A program made the position numbers and the translations under genes. This document shows, piece after piece, positions 8,812 to 18,716 of a stretch of 63,581 bases of DNA (the stretch's first letter is position 1; each line of letters starts with the position of its first letter). The notes under the pieces were generated by a model. That model searched no databases. It was not told the DNA's origin and saw nothing but the letters and a program-made list of their open reading frames with translations. The stretch is from an uncultured Clostridia bacterium (GTDB lineage Bacteria; Bacillota; Clostridia; Oscillospirales; Acutalibacteraceae). The stretch spans positions 1 through 63,581 of the forward strand of contig CAMFYM010000001.1 in NCBI GenBank assembly GCA_946002045.1, given 5' to 3'.

Positions 8812-10677
8812 TTAGCTGGCAATATCTACATCTTTTTCAAAGTAACGAGATCCAAACCAATGCTGCTTGATTGTATATTCCTTTTCAAGCTTTTCAATTT
8901 CGCTCTTGCTGTCTGCTGAAGTAAGTGCTTTTTCAGCATTCTTTTGCCATACTGTTTTATCGTTTGTACCTACAAAGTACATAATATGATAACCGAACTC
9001 AGTCTTAACAATAGCAGTATCTCCTGCCTTTCTGTCGGTGTCAAAGCACCAAGTGTTAAACGAGTTAACCATATAGCTTGTTACTACTTCCTGATAGATA
9101 CCACCGTCGTCGGCATTACCGTCCTGTGAATTTTCCTTAGCAAGCTTTGCAAAGCCATCCTCTGTTTTATCCCATTTTGCAAGAATATTCTTTGCCTTTT
9201 CGTATGCTGCGCCCCACTGTGCATCAGTAGCATCCTTTGCTGATGTTGATTCATCATCAGTTTCCGGAGCAATGAGGATATGGCGAACATCAACTGTCTT
9301 TCTGTCTGAAAGAGATGCAGGTGCAATTACATATACAACAGTAGTGCTGTATTGCTTAATATCTCCTGCTTTTCTATCCTTGCTAAAGAGCCAATCAAGA
9401 CCTGAATACTTAACCTCTTCATCCTCTGAATGCTCCTCGCCTTCCTCATGCTCATGAGCATCGGCAGTTGCAATAGCATAACCCTTGCTTTGAAGCCAAG
9501 CCTTTGTTGCACCGATTTCTGTTGAAAATGCAGGGTCTGCATATGATGTCTTATCAAATTTTTCTTTTGAATATTTTACACAGAGGTCTGCAAAATTTGA
9601 GCCGTCAGCAGAAAGCTTTGAAGCAAATTCCTTTGCCTTATCCTCGTTCTCGCACTCAAAAATCTTTGCATCAACAGTTTTAAGCTCGTCTAAATGCTCG
9701 TCCTTATACTTGTTAATGTCTTCCTTTGTATATTCTTTCTTTGCAGTAGTAGTATCGTTAAGCTCGTTTTGATAATTGGAAGCGATATACTGACGGGTAG
9801 ATTCTGTACGGAATACTGATTCTGTAACACCTCTGCCCATTGCTCTTACAAGATAACCACTAAGGGTGTAGCCGTATTTTTCGGCATTTTCTCTATACTC
9901 TTTGATTGTATCATTAAGCTCTTGCTTTTGGTCGTCTGTAATCTCAGGCTCCTTGCCGTCATTAGCAGCAACAGCAGCAAGATAGTAGGTATATGTGTTT
10001 TCGATAGCATCAAGCACAAGCTGGTTCATATGAGCTGACCAGGAAATTGTTTTTTCTTTATTTGTTTCCTCGTCTGTGTATGTGTAATCCTGACTTGAAA
10101 ACTTCTTACTGAAATCAACATCCAAGTCGTAATCAGCAGGGTCAAGACCGTACTGCACATACATATCCTTTTGGCTTTGAAGATTGTTATAAACAGTTGC
10201 AAAATAGAAGTTGTAGGTGCTAACCTTAATTTTTGCCTTGCTTTCGCCATTAGTAACAGTTACACCGGTAAGAGTTTGTGCAGGGATACTGAGAGAAGCG
10301 ATGAAGCCCTTCCTTACAGCACCTGTTGCAACATATGTTACAAGAATTGCAACAACCAAAACAACACAAACAACTGACTTGATTATTGTTGCTGTGCGCT
10401 TTGCAACACCCTTTGTGCTGCCTACTGATGCATATGCATCTGAAAGCTTTTTAATCTTTGCGCTGATTTTGTCCTTCTTGGCACTGTCTGTTTCCTTGGC
10501 AAGCTCCTCCTTAAGAGCATCAATTTCAGCCTTAAGAGCAGTTCTCTTTTCCTCTGATTTTTTCTTTGCCTTAGCATTTTTTTGAGCTGCCTTTTCAGCC
10601 TTTTTTTGAGATTTATCCTTGCCCTCGCTTAAGCTTGCGCCTGTGAGCAAATCATCTTCTAATTGTTTCTTTGCCAT
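8812..10677 (-). CDS. membrane-anchored parvulin-type peptidylprolyl isomerase (PrsA/SurA-like)
   Basis: Single TM segment; VDVRHILI, FAKLAKENSQD and TEFGYHIMY motifs. Confidence 0.85.
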   Translation of the reverse strand: MAKKQLEDDLLTGASLSEGKDKSQKKAEKAAQKNAKAKKKSEEKRTALKAEIDALKEELAKETDSAKKDKISAKIKKLSDAYASVGSTKGVAKRTATIIKSVVCVVLVVAILVTYVATGAVRKGFIASLSIPAQTLTGVTVTNGESKAKIKVSTYNFYFATVYNNLQSQKDMYVQYGLDPADYDLDVDFSKKFSSQDYTYTDEETNKEKTISWSAHMNQLVLDAIENTYTYYLAAVAANDGKEPEITDDQKQELNDTIKEYRENAEKYGYTLSGYLVRAMGRGVTESVFRTESTRQYIASNYQNELNDTTTAKKEYTKEDINKYKDEHLDELKTVDAKIFECENEDKAKEFASKLSADGSNFADLCVKYSKEKFDKTSYADPAFSTEIGATKAWLQSKGYAIATADAHEHEEGEEHSEDEEVKYSGLDWLFSKDRKAGDIKQYSTTVVYVIAPASLSDRKTVDVRHILIAPETDDESTSAKDATDAQWGAAYEKAKNILAKWDKTEDGFAKLAKENSQDGNADDGGIYQEVVTSYMVNSFNTWCFDTDRKAGDTAIVKTEFGYHIMYFVGTNDKTVWQKNAEKALTSADSKSEIEKLEKEYTIKQHWFGSRYFEKDVDIAS

Positions 10678-10781
10678 ACTTTTTTCATCCTTTATAAATA
10701 ATAGAGATTTTTTTCAACAGTATTTTACAACATTATGAAAAATAATACAAGTGTTTTTGCAAATTGTGATTAGGCTAATGA

Positions 10782-12644
10782 TTATTCGCCTTCACTTGCA
10801 TTAGCTGCAGCTGCTGCCTTTTTTGCTGCAAGGTACTTTTCGTCTGCCTTTTGGATAACAGACAAATGCTCTCTAAGGTCAGCATCCTGAACAAGTCTTG
10901 TAAGCATATCATTACGCATATCGGTGATAATCTTACCCTCATAGGTTGGTCTATCGCTGATAAAGTACATAATGTGATAGCCGTAGTCAGATTTAACTAT
11001 TTCGACATCACCGTATTTTCTTGACTTATCAGTTGACCAATTTTCAAAGGTTGGTACCATTTGACCAAGAGCAACATTCTCACACAAGCCACCGTAGCTG
11101 TCGCTGCTGCCAAGTGATGTTGATGCAGTATCGTCGCTGTTTGAGTCTGCCAATGCTGCAAAGGCTGCCTCGGTTTTTTCACCTGAATTATACTTTTCAA
11201 GAAGCTGCTTTGCTGTATTCTCTGCCTCTGCCCACTGCTCATCTGTATATTCCTGTTCAGTATCGTATTGTGATGAACCGTCCTCTGATTTAGGAGTAAC
11301 AAGAATATGTCTTACAGTATATGTTTCATCCTCAAGGAGAGTCGGCTGCTCTGTTTTGAGAATTATATAGGCATAACCTGTTTCCTCATTAACATAATAC
11401 TTAACTGTATCCGTTGGCTGATTTTCGTCAAACAGCCATTTGTTAATTTCTTCTCCAAAGGGAGATTCACTGCTGTAAATTGTTCCGTCTATATTGTTCA
11501 TATAGTTTGAAATAGCATTTTCTCTTGCTTCCTTTTCGGTCAGCTTGTCATCCATCTCCATTGCGCTTTTAATATCTGCGTCAATATATTCTTTATAAGC
11601 AGTAGGTACTAAGGCTTTAATAGAATTCCTGTCGGTAATCTTTTTCATATACTCTTTTATTGTCTTTTCCGACTGAGCCTTAGTTTTGTCATCAGTTGTA
11701 TCATAGGTACAAGCAAGATAGCTGAAGTTAATTTTATAATAATTGTCTTTATGCTCGTTAAAGTAATTCTTTATCTCTTTATCTGTTGGCTTAAAGTCAA
11801 CTGCAACCTTGCCGGTATAATTTGTTGCCAAATAGAATTGCTCGATATAAAGCCTTACAGTATCCTCGGTGCAGTATTCGCCGAACACGCTTTCAATATA
11901 TTCATCAAGAGAAATATTTTGCTCTGATGCTGATGATTTAAAGCCGTCAATCTGTTGCTCAATAGTTTCCTTTTGCTTATCGCTTAAGGTAATGCCTGCC
12001 TCCTTGGCAGCGTCACAATAAGCAAAATAAGTTCTTATCTGCTCCTCGGTTCTCTTTTTGAACAGGTCGAACCAAGAAATAGTAATACCGTTTTCATCGG
12101 TTGTATTTTGCTCTGAATAATCCTTTGTTAAGTCAAGGTCATAATAACCGTACTGAGCGTACTGTTCATACTGACTTGCTACACTTGAAAAATAAAGATT
12201 ATAAAGACCTACACTGACATTATTATTATCAACGGTCATTGCAACACCGGCAGGATTGGCTTTGTCACCCTCCTTGCCGTTTGGCACTGTATTATAGCGA
12301 ACACCCAAAACAACAAGTACTGCAATAACTACTGCCATAATTACTGCAAGAGGAATAAACTTCAAAAGCTCTTTTCCGGTTGAACTTGAATTATCGTTCT
12401 TATCTTCAGGCTCTTTCTTTAAAGCAACAGTCTTGTTTGCAGGCGTAATATTTATTTCGCCCTCAAACATATCGTCATTAAGTGTGGGAGCCTCTGCCTC
12501 AAACACCCAATTATCACCTGTTTCGTACTTAACTCCATCCCTTTCCTCAAGAGAGGAATCAAGAATTTCTGTTTCGTTAGAAGCAGTGCTTTCGTCATTA
12601 TTCAACTCAACGGCTTCGTTAAGCTCTTTTTCTTTTTCGTCCAT
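10782..12644 (-). CDS. membrane-anchored parvulin-type peptidylprolyl isomerase (PrsA/SurA-like), paralog
   Basis: Single TM segment; YTVRHIL, GQMVPTFENW and SDYGYHIMY motifs. Confidence 0.85.
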   Translation of the reverse strand: MDEKEKELNEAVELNNDESTASNETEILDSSLEERDGVKYETGDNWVFEAEAPTLNDDMFEGEINITPANKTVALKKEPEDKNDNSSSTGKELLKFIPLAVIMAVVIAVLVVLGVRYNTVPNGKEGDKANPAGVAMTVDNNNVSVGLYNLYFSSVASQYEQYAQYGYYDLDLTKDYSEQNTTDENGITISWFDLFKKRTEEQIRTYFAYCDAAKEAGITLSDKQKETIEQQIDGFKSSASEQNISLDEYIESVFGEYCTEDTVRLYIEQFYLATNYTGKVAVDFKPTDKEIKNYFNEHKDNYYKINFSYLACTYDTTDDKTKAQSEKTIKEYMKKITDRNSIKALVPTAYKEYIDADIKSAMEMDDKLTEKEARENAISNYMNNIDGTIYSSESPFGEEINKWLFDENQPTDTVKYYVNEETGYAYIILKTEQPTLLEDETYTVRHILVTPKSEDGSSQYDTEQEYTDEQWAEAENTAKQLLEKYNSGEKTEAAFAALADSNSDDTASTSLGSSDSYGGLCENVALGQMVPTFENWSTDKSRKYGDVEIVKSDYGYHIMYFISDRPTYEGKIITDMRNDMLTRLVQDADLREHLSVIQKADEKYLAAKKAAAAANASEGE

Positions 12645-12678
12645 ATTAACACCCCTATAAGAATATAAATACTAATAA

Positions 12679-12707
12679 ATTATACTATACTTCACCAAAC
12701 AATGCAA
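12679..12707 (-). promoter_or_regulatory. sigma-A promoter of the foldase gene
   Basis: TTGCAT-17 nt-TATAAT. Confidence 0.6.
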
Positions 12708-12800
12708 GAATAATAATTATATTTTGATGTAAATAAAATGTAAAAAATTTGTATATGTTCTGTATTCTATCAGTCAAATTTAGGTATATTTTTATTTTTC

Positions 12801-12829
12801 TTGAAAAAAGCAATATTATGTAGTATTAT
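12801..12829 (+). promoter_or_regulatory. sigma-A promoter of the O-antigen ligase-like gene
   Basis: TTGAAA-17 nt-TATTAT. Confidence 0.5.
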
Positions 12830-12884
12830 GTTGATACAGTATGACAATTAAAAATCTAACAATCATATGATTTGAGGTTAACAT

Positions 12885-14276
12885 ATGAAAGAAAAATTAA
12901 GTGATTTAAAGAATAAATACCGACAAAATCCCGGTTGGTATTGGCTTATGGCAACAATATTCCTTTTCCCTATTTTGCCTGAATATATAAGCCCTTTTAT
13001 ACTTTTTATCGGCTTTATTGTATTTAAGGTGCAATGGAGTCGTGAGGGCAGAAAGGCAAAGGTTGGCACACTGGGTAAGATGATGATGGGCTTTATGGCG
13101 CTGGCACTGGTCAGCACACTTTGGTCCAGCACAAAGCTTTCTTCATTTTCAACAGCAATGCTTTGGTGGGGAATGTTTTTGGTTCAGGTTATGATTTATA
13201 ACCTTGCAAGAACAAGGCAGAGAATTGATAAGCTTTTATCCCTTATGGTTGTATCGGGTGCTATTAACGGTATTGTAAGCACTATTCAAATTGTTACATA
13301 CACTCTTTACAGATTTGAGAAAATACCAAAAAATCTTGTTATGATTACCCCTTTTTATCGTATTCTTGACAAGGCAGTATATGGTATTCTCCCCTTTGAA
13401 ATTAACACAAATATGTGGGTTACAAGAGCAAGTGGATTTTTCTCTAATCCTAATTTACTTTCGTCATATATGATACTTGTATTCCCTATTTCCATATACC
13501 TGTTCATCAACTCAAAAACCCATAAGCAAAGAGTATTCTATTGGTTTATGAATGTTTTGATTAGCTGTGGACTTAGCTCAACTATGACAAGGGCAGGCTG
13601 CTTTATTGCAATATTCGGCTGGATTTTTATGTTTATATTCCTTGCAAAAAAATACGCAAAGCCCATGCTGCAAATTTGTATTCCAACGATACTTGTTATC
13701 ATACCGTCAATTTTAACAAGATACGGACTGATTTTCCAAACCGTCGGTCAATTCGGCAGTGGTAACGGTGGTGAGGAGGCAAAGCAATCATCTGCTGCTC
13801 ACTTTAAAATTTGGGAAAGCCTGATAAATTATCTTACTACCCACATTAAAGCATTTTTTATAGGTCTTGGATTTGGTGTTGAGGAAACGGGTCAGGTGCT
13901 TTCAAGCTGCTATGACCTTAACAAGCCTCACGCACACAACTTTGTCCTTGAAACCTGGATGGAGTTAGGCGTTATCGGCGTTATCTTCCTATTTATAATA
14001 TTGCTGTGCGCCTTTGGAAAGATGCTTGAAATCAACAAAAACAACGGTAAAAAATTCACTCTTGTATTTTGCGTTTTCACATCTATGATGACATATCTTG
14101 TATTTGGTCTTACGGACTACATTTTTAACTCACCAAAGCAAATTATACTTATGTTCATACTTTTAGGCTTAACACAGGCAATCAGCTACTGCTATGAAAA
14201 AACGATAATTAAGGACACTCACTCGCTGATAGAGGTTGCAGCGCTGGAAATTGAAAACACAATACACCAAAAATAA
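12885..14276 (+). CDS. O-antigen ligase family (Wzy_C) polytopic membrane protein
   Basis: About 12 hydrophobic segments; RASGFFSNPN, TMTRAG, GLGFG and HAHN...ELGVIG motifs. Confidence 0.85.
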   Translation: MKEKLSDLKNKYRQNPGWYWLMATIFLFPILPEYISPFILFIGFIVFKVQWSREGRKAKVGTLGKMMMGFMALALVSTLWSSTKLSSFSTAMLWWGMFLVQVMIYNLARTRQRIDKLLSLMVVSGAINGIVSTIQIVTYTLYRFEKIPKNLVMITPFYRILDKAVYGILPFEINTNMWVTRASGFFSNPNLLSSYMILVFPISIYLFINSKTHKQRVFYWFMNVLISCGLSSTMTRAGCFIAIFGWIFMFIFLAKKYAKPMLQICIPTILVIIPSILTRYGLIFQTVGQFGSGNGGEEAKQSSAAHFKIWESLINYLTTHIKAFFIGLGFGVEETGQVLSSCYDLNKPHAHNFVLETWMELGVIGVIFLFIILLCAFGKMLEINKNNGKKFTLVFCVFTSMMTYLVFGLTDYIFNSPKQIILMFILLGLTQAISYCYEKTIIKDTHSLIEVAALEIENTIHQK

Positions 14277-14308
14277 ATATTTGATAAATGATATTAGCAG
14301 TTTAATTG

Positions 14309-14354
14309 AACAAAGGCTGTGATGCAGCAGATAGCATCACAGCCTTTGTTTTTT
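14309..14354. terminator. bidirectional intrinsic terminator
   Basis: 17-bp perfect stem AACAAAGGCTGTGATGC/GCATCACAGCCTTTGTT plus a T-tract. Confidence 0.85.
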
Positions 14355-14357
14355 ATG

Positions 14358-14768
14358 TTATTTAGATTTTGTTTCGCAGTATAGACAACGGTATGTTCCG
14401 TTATTATCCGTTAATTTAAAAATATGGTCGATAGGCTCGTTATTACAAATACAACGGGGGTTTGGGCATTTGATAATATTATTAAGCTGTGTAGGTAGGG
14501 ATAATGTTCTTTTTTCAACCCTCTCGCTATTCTTAATAATATTTACGGTAGCCTGTGGCGCCACATAGGCAATCACATCTAAATCTAAATCAATAAGACT
14601 GTTAATCTTAATAATGTCCTTTATATTATTTTTTTGAGATTTAGCATTAGTGATAATTGCCACCTGACAGGAAAGGCGACCCAGGTTAAGTATTTTGTAA
14701 ACCTCCATACCCTTACCGGCAGGGATATGGTCAATAACATAGCCGTTTTCAATAGCATCAATTTTCAT
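14358..14768 (-). CDS. pyrI: aspartate carbamoyltransferase regulatory subunit
   Basis: IENGYVIDHIPAGKG; Zn site CPNPRC...CLYCE; ATG at 14768 overlaps the pyrB stop. Confidence 0.92.
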   Translation of the reverse strand: MKIDAIENGYVIDHIPAGKGMEVYKILNLGRLSCQVAIITNAKSQKNNIKDIIKINSLIDLDLDVIAYVAPQATVNIIKNSERVEKRTLSLPTQLNNIIKCPNPRCICNNEPIDHIFKLTDNNGTYRCLYCETKSK

Positions 14769-15691
14769 TAAACAGCTCCTCCCCATTTAAGTAATGTAAT
14801 GATAAGAGCCATACGAATATACTTGCCGTTAAGAGCCTGAACAAAGTATTTTGCTCTTGAGTCATCATCAACCTCTGTTGCAATTTCGTTAACTCTCGGC
14901 AGTGGGTGCATAATGGTTAAGTCGCCTTTTGCATTTTTAAGCTTTTCAAGGTCAAGAATAAAGGCATCCTTATGCTTGAGATACTCATCCTCTGAAAAGA
15001 AGCGTTCACGCTGAATACGAGTCATATAGAGAATATCCAGCTCCTCCATAACATCCTCCATAGCCTCAACCTCCACATACTGATGCCCACTTTTGTCAAG
15101 GACATCACTTTTTATGTAATCGGGCACAGAAAGCTCCTTTGGTGAAATAAGTACAAATTTAACATTTTTATACCTGCTCATTGCTTTAATCAGTGAGTGA
15201 ACAGTTCTGCCGAATTTCAAATCTCCACACAAGCCCACTGTAAGATTATCAAAGGTACCCTTTTCACGATAAATGGTTAACAAATCGGTAAGTGTCTGTG
15301 TTGGGTGCGAGTGACCCCCGTCACCGGCATTGATAATCGGCACAGTACTGCGAAAGCTTGCAACTCTCGGAGCTCCCTCAAGAGGGTGACGCATGGCGAT
15401 AATATCTGCGTAGCAGGACACCATCCTTGCTGTGTCCTCAACACTTTCACCCTTTGATGCAGATGATGAGCCTGCCTCGGAAAAGCCAAGAACATTACCA
15501 CCAAGCTCCATCATAGCAGCCTCAAAGGAAAGACGGGTTCTTGTTGATGGCTCAAAGAAAAGTGTTGCCAGCTTCTTTCCGTCGCAAATATGTGCGTATT
15601 TTTCTTTATTATCAATTATCTCCATTGCAAGAGAAATCATATCATCAATTTCCTGCAAGGATAAATCTGTTGTATCAAGCAAATGACGCAT
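14768..15691 (-). CDS. pyrB: aspartate carbamoyltransferase catalytic subunit
   Basis: [19 protein letters not shown] and [10 protein letters not shown] motifs. Confidence 0.97.
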   Translation of the reverse strand: MRHLLDTTDLSLQEIDDMISLAMEIIDNKEKYAHICDGKKLATLFFEPSTRTRLSFEAAMMELGGNVLGFSEAGSSSASKGESVEDTARMVSCYADIIAMRHPLEGAPRVASFRSTVPIINAGDGGHSHPTQTLTDLLTIYREKGTFDNLTVGLCGDLKFGRTVHSLIKAMSRYKNVKFVLISPKELSVPDYIKSDVLDKSGHQYVEVEAMEDVMEELDILYMTRIQRERFFSEDEYLKHKDAFILDLEKLKNAKGDLTIMHPLPRVNEIATEVDDDSRAKYFVQALNGKYIRMALIITLLKWGGAV

Positions 15692-15706
15692 AGTTAAATC
15701 CCTTTC

Positions 15707-16363
15707 TTATGCCTTTGCACCGTTAACTTCAAGATATTTTTTAATTCTATCTACATTTTCACGGTTAGCCTCGTCCTCCTCAAGATATTCAATAATATCA
15801 TATACATCAACTACTGAATATACAGGGAAGCCGTACTCCTCACCAACCTCTGCGATTGCAGATTTTTCAGTTTGACCCTTTTCCTTACGGTCAACCATAA
15901 CGAATGTTGCAGCAACCCTTGTACCCTCAAGCTTTGAAAGAATAGCCATACTCTCTCTGATTGCAGTACCGGCAGTAACAACATCCTCAACAATAACGAT
16001 TTCCTCACCGTTAGTTGGCTTATAGCCTACAAACACACCACCCTCGCCGTGGTCCTTTTCTTCCTTTCTGTTAAAGAAGAAGGGCACATCAAGTCCTTCC
16101 TTTGCAAGAGCAACTGCAACAGAAACGGCAATAGGAATACCCTTATATGCAGGGCCGTAAAGCACTGCTTTTTTGTTACCTATTTTATCAAAATAAGCCT
16201 TTGCGTAAAACTCTCCCAGCTTTTGAATTTGCTCGCCTGTTTTAATGTCGCCTGCGTTGATAAAGTAAGGAATTTTTCTACCACTTTTTGCAGTAAAATC
16301 ACCAAACTTCAACACGCCTGCATCCTCTAAAAATTTGATAAATTCTCTTTTATATGCTTCCAT
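15707..16363 (-). CDS. pyrE: orotate phosphoribosyltransferase
   Basis: KSGR, GPAYKGIP, NRKEEKDHGEGG and IVEDVVTAG motifs. Confidence 0.95.
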   Translation of the reverse strand: MEAYKREFIKFLEDAGVLKFGDFTAKSGRKIPYFINAGDIKTGEQIQKLGEFYAKAYFDKIGNKKAVLYGPAYKGIPIAVSVAVALAKEGLDVPFFFNRKEEKDHGEGGVFVGYKPTNGEEIVIVEDVVTAGTAIRESMAILSKLEGTRVAATFVMVDRKEKGQTEKSAIAEVGEEYGFPVYSVVDVYDIIEYLEEDEANRENVDRIKKYLEVNGAKA

Positions 16364-16373
16364 CGTTTTCTCC

Positions 16374-17072
16374 TTATCCTACAAATTCTTCAACGCAGCG
16401 TCTGTATGCAGCAACCGGATCATCAGCAGCTGTGATAGGTCTGCCTACAACGATATAATCAGAGCCGATTTCCTTTGCTTTTGCAGGAGTTGTAACTCTA
16501 ACCTGATCGCCTACATCACCGTCTGCAAATCTAACGCCCGGTGTTACAGTCATAAACGAATTGCCACAATTATCCTTAACCATACCTGCTTCGAGTGGAG
16601 AGCATACAACACCGTCAAGACCTGCTGCCTTTGCATTTTCTGCATACTTAACGATAGTATCGTTGATTGATGCGTTAATCAAAAGCTCATTTTGCATCCT
16701 TTCCTCGCTTGTTGATGTAAGCTGGGTAACGGCAATAAGGAGTGGACGGGTGCCGTCCTCTCGTGTTAAGCCCTCAATAGCAGCCTTCATCATATCAATA
16801 GTGCCTGCTGCGTGAAGATTTGTCATATCAACATCAAGCCTTGAAAGCACTGACATAGATTTTTTAACGGTATTTGGAATATCGTGAAGCTTAAGGTCAA
16901 GAAAAATCTTGTGTCCCCTCTTCTTAATCTCCTTAACAATTGACGGACCCTCTGCGTAATAAAGCTCCATACCGATTTTAACAAAGGGCTTTTCGTCGGT
17001 GAATTTGTCAAGAAAATCAAATGTTGCCTGTGCTGAAGAAAAGTCACAAGCGATAATAACATCCTTACCCAT
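16374..17072 (-). CDS. pyrF: orotidine-5'-phosphate decarboxylase
   Basis: [19 protein letters not shown] and VVGRPIT motifs. Confidence 0.97.
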   Translation of the reverse strand: MGKDVIIACDFSSAQATFDFLDKFTDEKPFVKIGMELYYAEGPSIVKEIKKRGHKIFLDLKLHDIPNTVKKSMSVLSRLDVDMTNLHAAGTIDMMKAAIEGLTREDGTRPLLIAVTQLTSTSEERMQNELLINASINDTIVKYAENAKAAGLDGVVCSPLEAGMVKDNCGNSFMTVTPGVRFADGDVGDQVRVTTPAKAKEIGSDYIVVGRPITAADDPVAAYRRCVEEFVG

Positions 17073-17983
17073 TAGTCAATCACTCCTATAATATCACTTA
17101 TTTTATCAATACCGAGTCTTTCGCATTCAAGTGGAAGTGACTCGATTATATTCTTGCAGGCATACGGGTCAACTAAATTTGCTGCACCAACCTGAACGGC
17201 AGTAGCACCGGCCATCATCATTTCAATAACATCCTGTGCTGATGATACGCCACCACATCCCATAACAGGAATATTACACGCCTTTGCTACCTGATAAACC
17301 ATCCTTACTGCCACAGGGAAAACTGCATCACCACTAAAGCCACCCATTTTGTTGGCAATAACACTCTTGCGTGATTTTATATCAATACGCATACCAAGCA
17401 AGGTATTGATTAGGCAAATTCCGTCTGCGCCTGCCTCCTCACAAGCCTTTGCAATAGCAACGATGTCAGTTACATTTGGTGATAGCTTGATATAAACAGG
17501 CTTTGTTGTTACAGCCTTAACTGCTCTTGTTACCTGAGCAGCACATTCCGGTGATGTACCAAAGCTCATACCACCTCCGTGAACATTAGGGCAGGAAACA
17601 TTAACCTCTAAAATTCCCACCTGCTCCTGCTTATCGAGAAGCTGACAGGTGTAGGCATAATCATCTACGGAAAAGCCGGATACATTGGCAATAACAGGCT
17701 TATGGAAATACTTTTTCATTTCCAGTAATTCGTGCTCAATAACATGGTGAACACCGGGATTTTGAAGTCCTACTGCGTTAATCATACCTGAGGTACATTC
17801 TGCAATTCTCGGTGTTGGGTTACCAAAACGAGCATCTCTTGTTGTGCCCTTAAAAGAAAAAGAGCCGAGAATATTTATATCGTAATAATCCTTAAACTCC
17901 TTACCGAAGCCAAAGGTACCGGATGCAGGCACAACAGGATTGTCCATTTTCATTCCCGAAAGATTAACTGATAAATCTACCAT
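17072..17983 (-). CDS. pyrD: dihydroorotate dehydrogenase 1B catalytic subunit
   Basis: ASGTFG, GNPTPR, NVSCPN and KLSPNV motifs. Confidence 0.95.
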   Translation of the reverse strand: MVDLSVNLSGMKMDNPVVPASGTFGFGKEFKDYYDINILGSFSFKGTTRDARFGNPTPRIAECTSGMINAVGLQNPGVHHVIEHELLEMKKYFHKPVIANVSGFSVDDYAYTCQLLDKQEQVGILEVNVSCPNVHGGGMSFGTSPECAAQVTRAVKAVTTKPVYIKLSPNVTDIVAIAKACEEAGADGICLINTLLGMRIDIKSRKSVIANKMGGFSGDAVFPVAVRMVYQVAKACNIPVMGCGGVSSAQDVIEMMMAGATAVQVGAANLVDPYACKNIIESLPLECERLGIDKISDIIGVID

Positions 17984-18705
17984 ATGATTTCCTCCCTTTC
18001 AAGCACGGGACCGTCCTTGCATATACGCTTGCTGCCGTATTTTGTTTTACAGGAGCATCCCATACAAGCACCAAAGCCACAGCCCATCCTTTCCTCAAAG
18101 GAATACTGACCTGATGTTTTTGCCTTGTTTTCAATAGCCTTGAACATTGGCATTGGTCCACAGGTATAGAAATAGTCATAATCATCAGGGAAGGCATCTG
18201 TAACAAAGCCTTTGATGCCATATGAGCCGTCAACAGTTGTTACTCTGACCTCACAGCCAAGAGCCTTAAACTCCTGCTCATAGAACACCTCATCCCTTGT
18301 GTTAAATCCGATAATTACAACAGGCTTTTGACCGTCATCAATAAGCCTTTTAGCCAAAAGGTACATTGGTGGCACACCAACGCCTCCACCGATAAGCAGA
18401 GGCTTGGTTGATTTTGTAATATCGTAGCCGTTACCAAGACCTGTTAACACATCAAGCTCTTCGCCAATCTTCATATCAGACATTTGCTCTGTGCCCTTAC
18501 CAACCACCTTATAGATAATGGTAATGGCATCATCGCTGCAATCACATACGGAAATAGGACGGCGAAGATATTTACCTGAAAGCTTGATATTTATAAATTG
18601 ACCGGGAGCAGTAATATACTGTGTATCACCCTGTAAAATCATTTTATAAACATCCTTGGCAATTTTTTCGTTTAAAATAATTTTATAAATACTTTCTTTA
18701 TACAT
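17977..18705 (-). CDS. pyrK: dihydroorotate dehydrogenase electron transfer subunit
   Basis: RRPIS, GGGVGVPP and EERMGCGFGACMGC...CKDGPV motifs. Confidence 0.95.
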   Translation of the reverse strand: MYKESIYKIILNEKIAKDVYKMILQGDTQYITAPGQFINIKLSGKYLRRPISVCDCSDDAITIIYKVVGKGTEQMSDMKIGEELDVLTGLGNGYDITKSTKPLLIGGGVGVPPMYLLAKRLIDDGQKPVVIIGFNTRDEVFYEQEFKALGCEVRVTTVDGSYGIKGFVTDAFPDDYDYFYTCGPMPMFKAIENKAKTSGQYSFEERMGCGFGACMGCSCKTKYGSKRICKDGPVLEREEIIW

Positions 18706-18716
18706 AATAAACTCAC

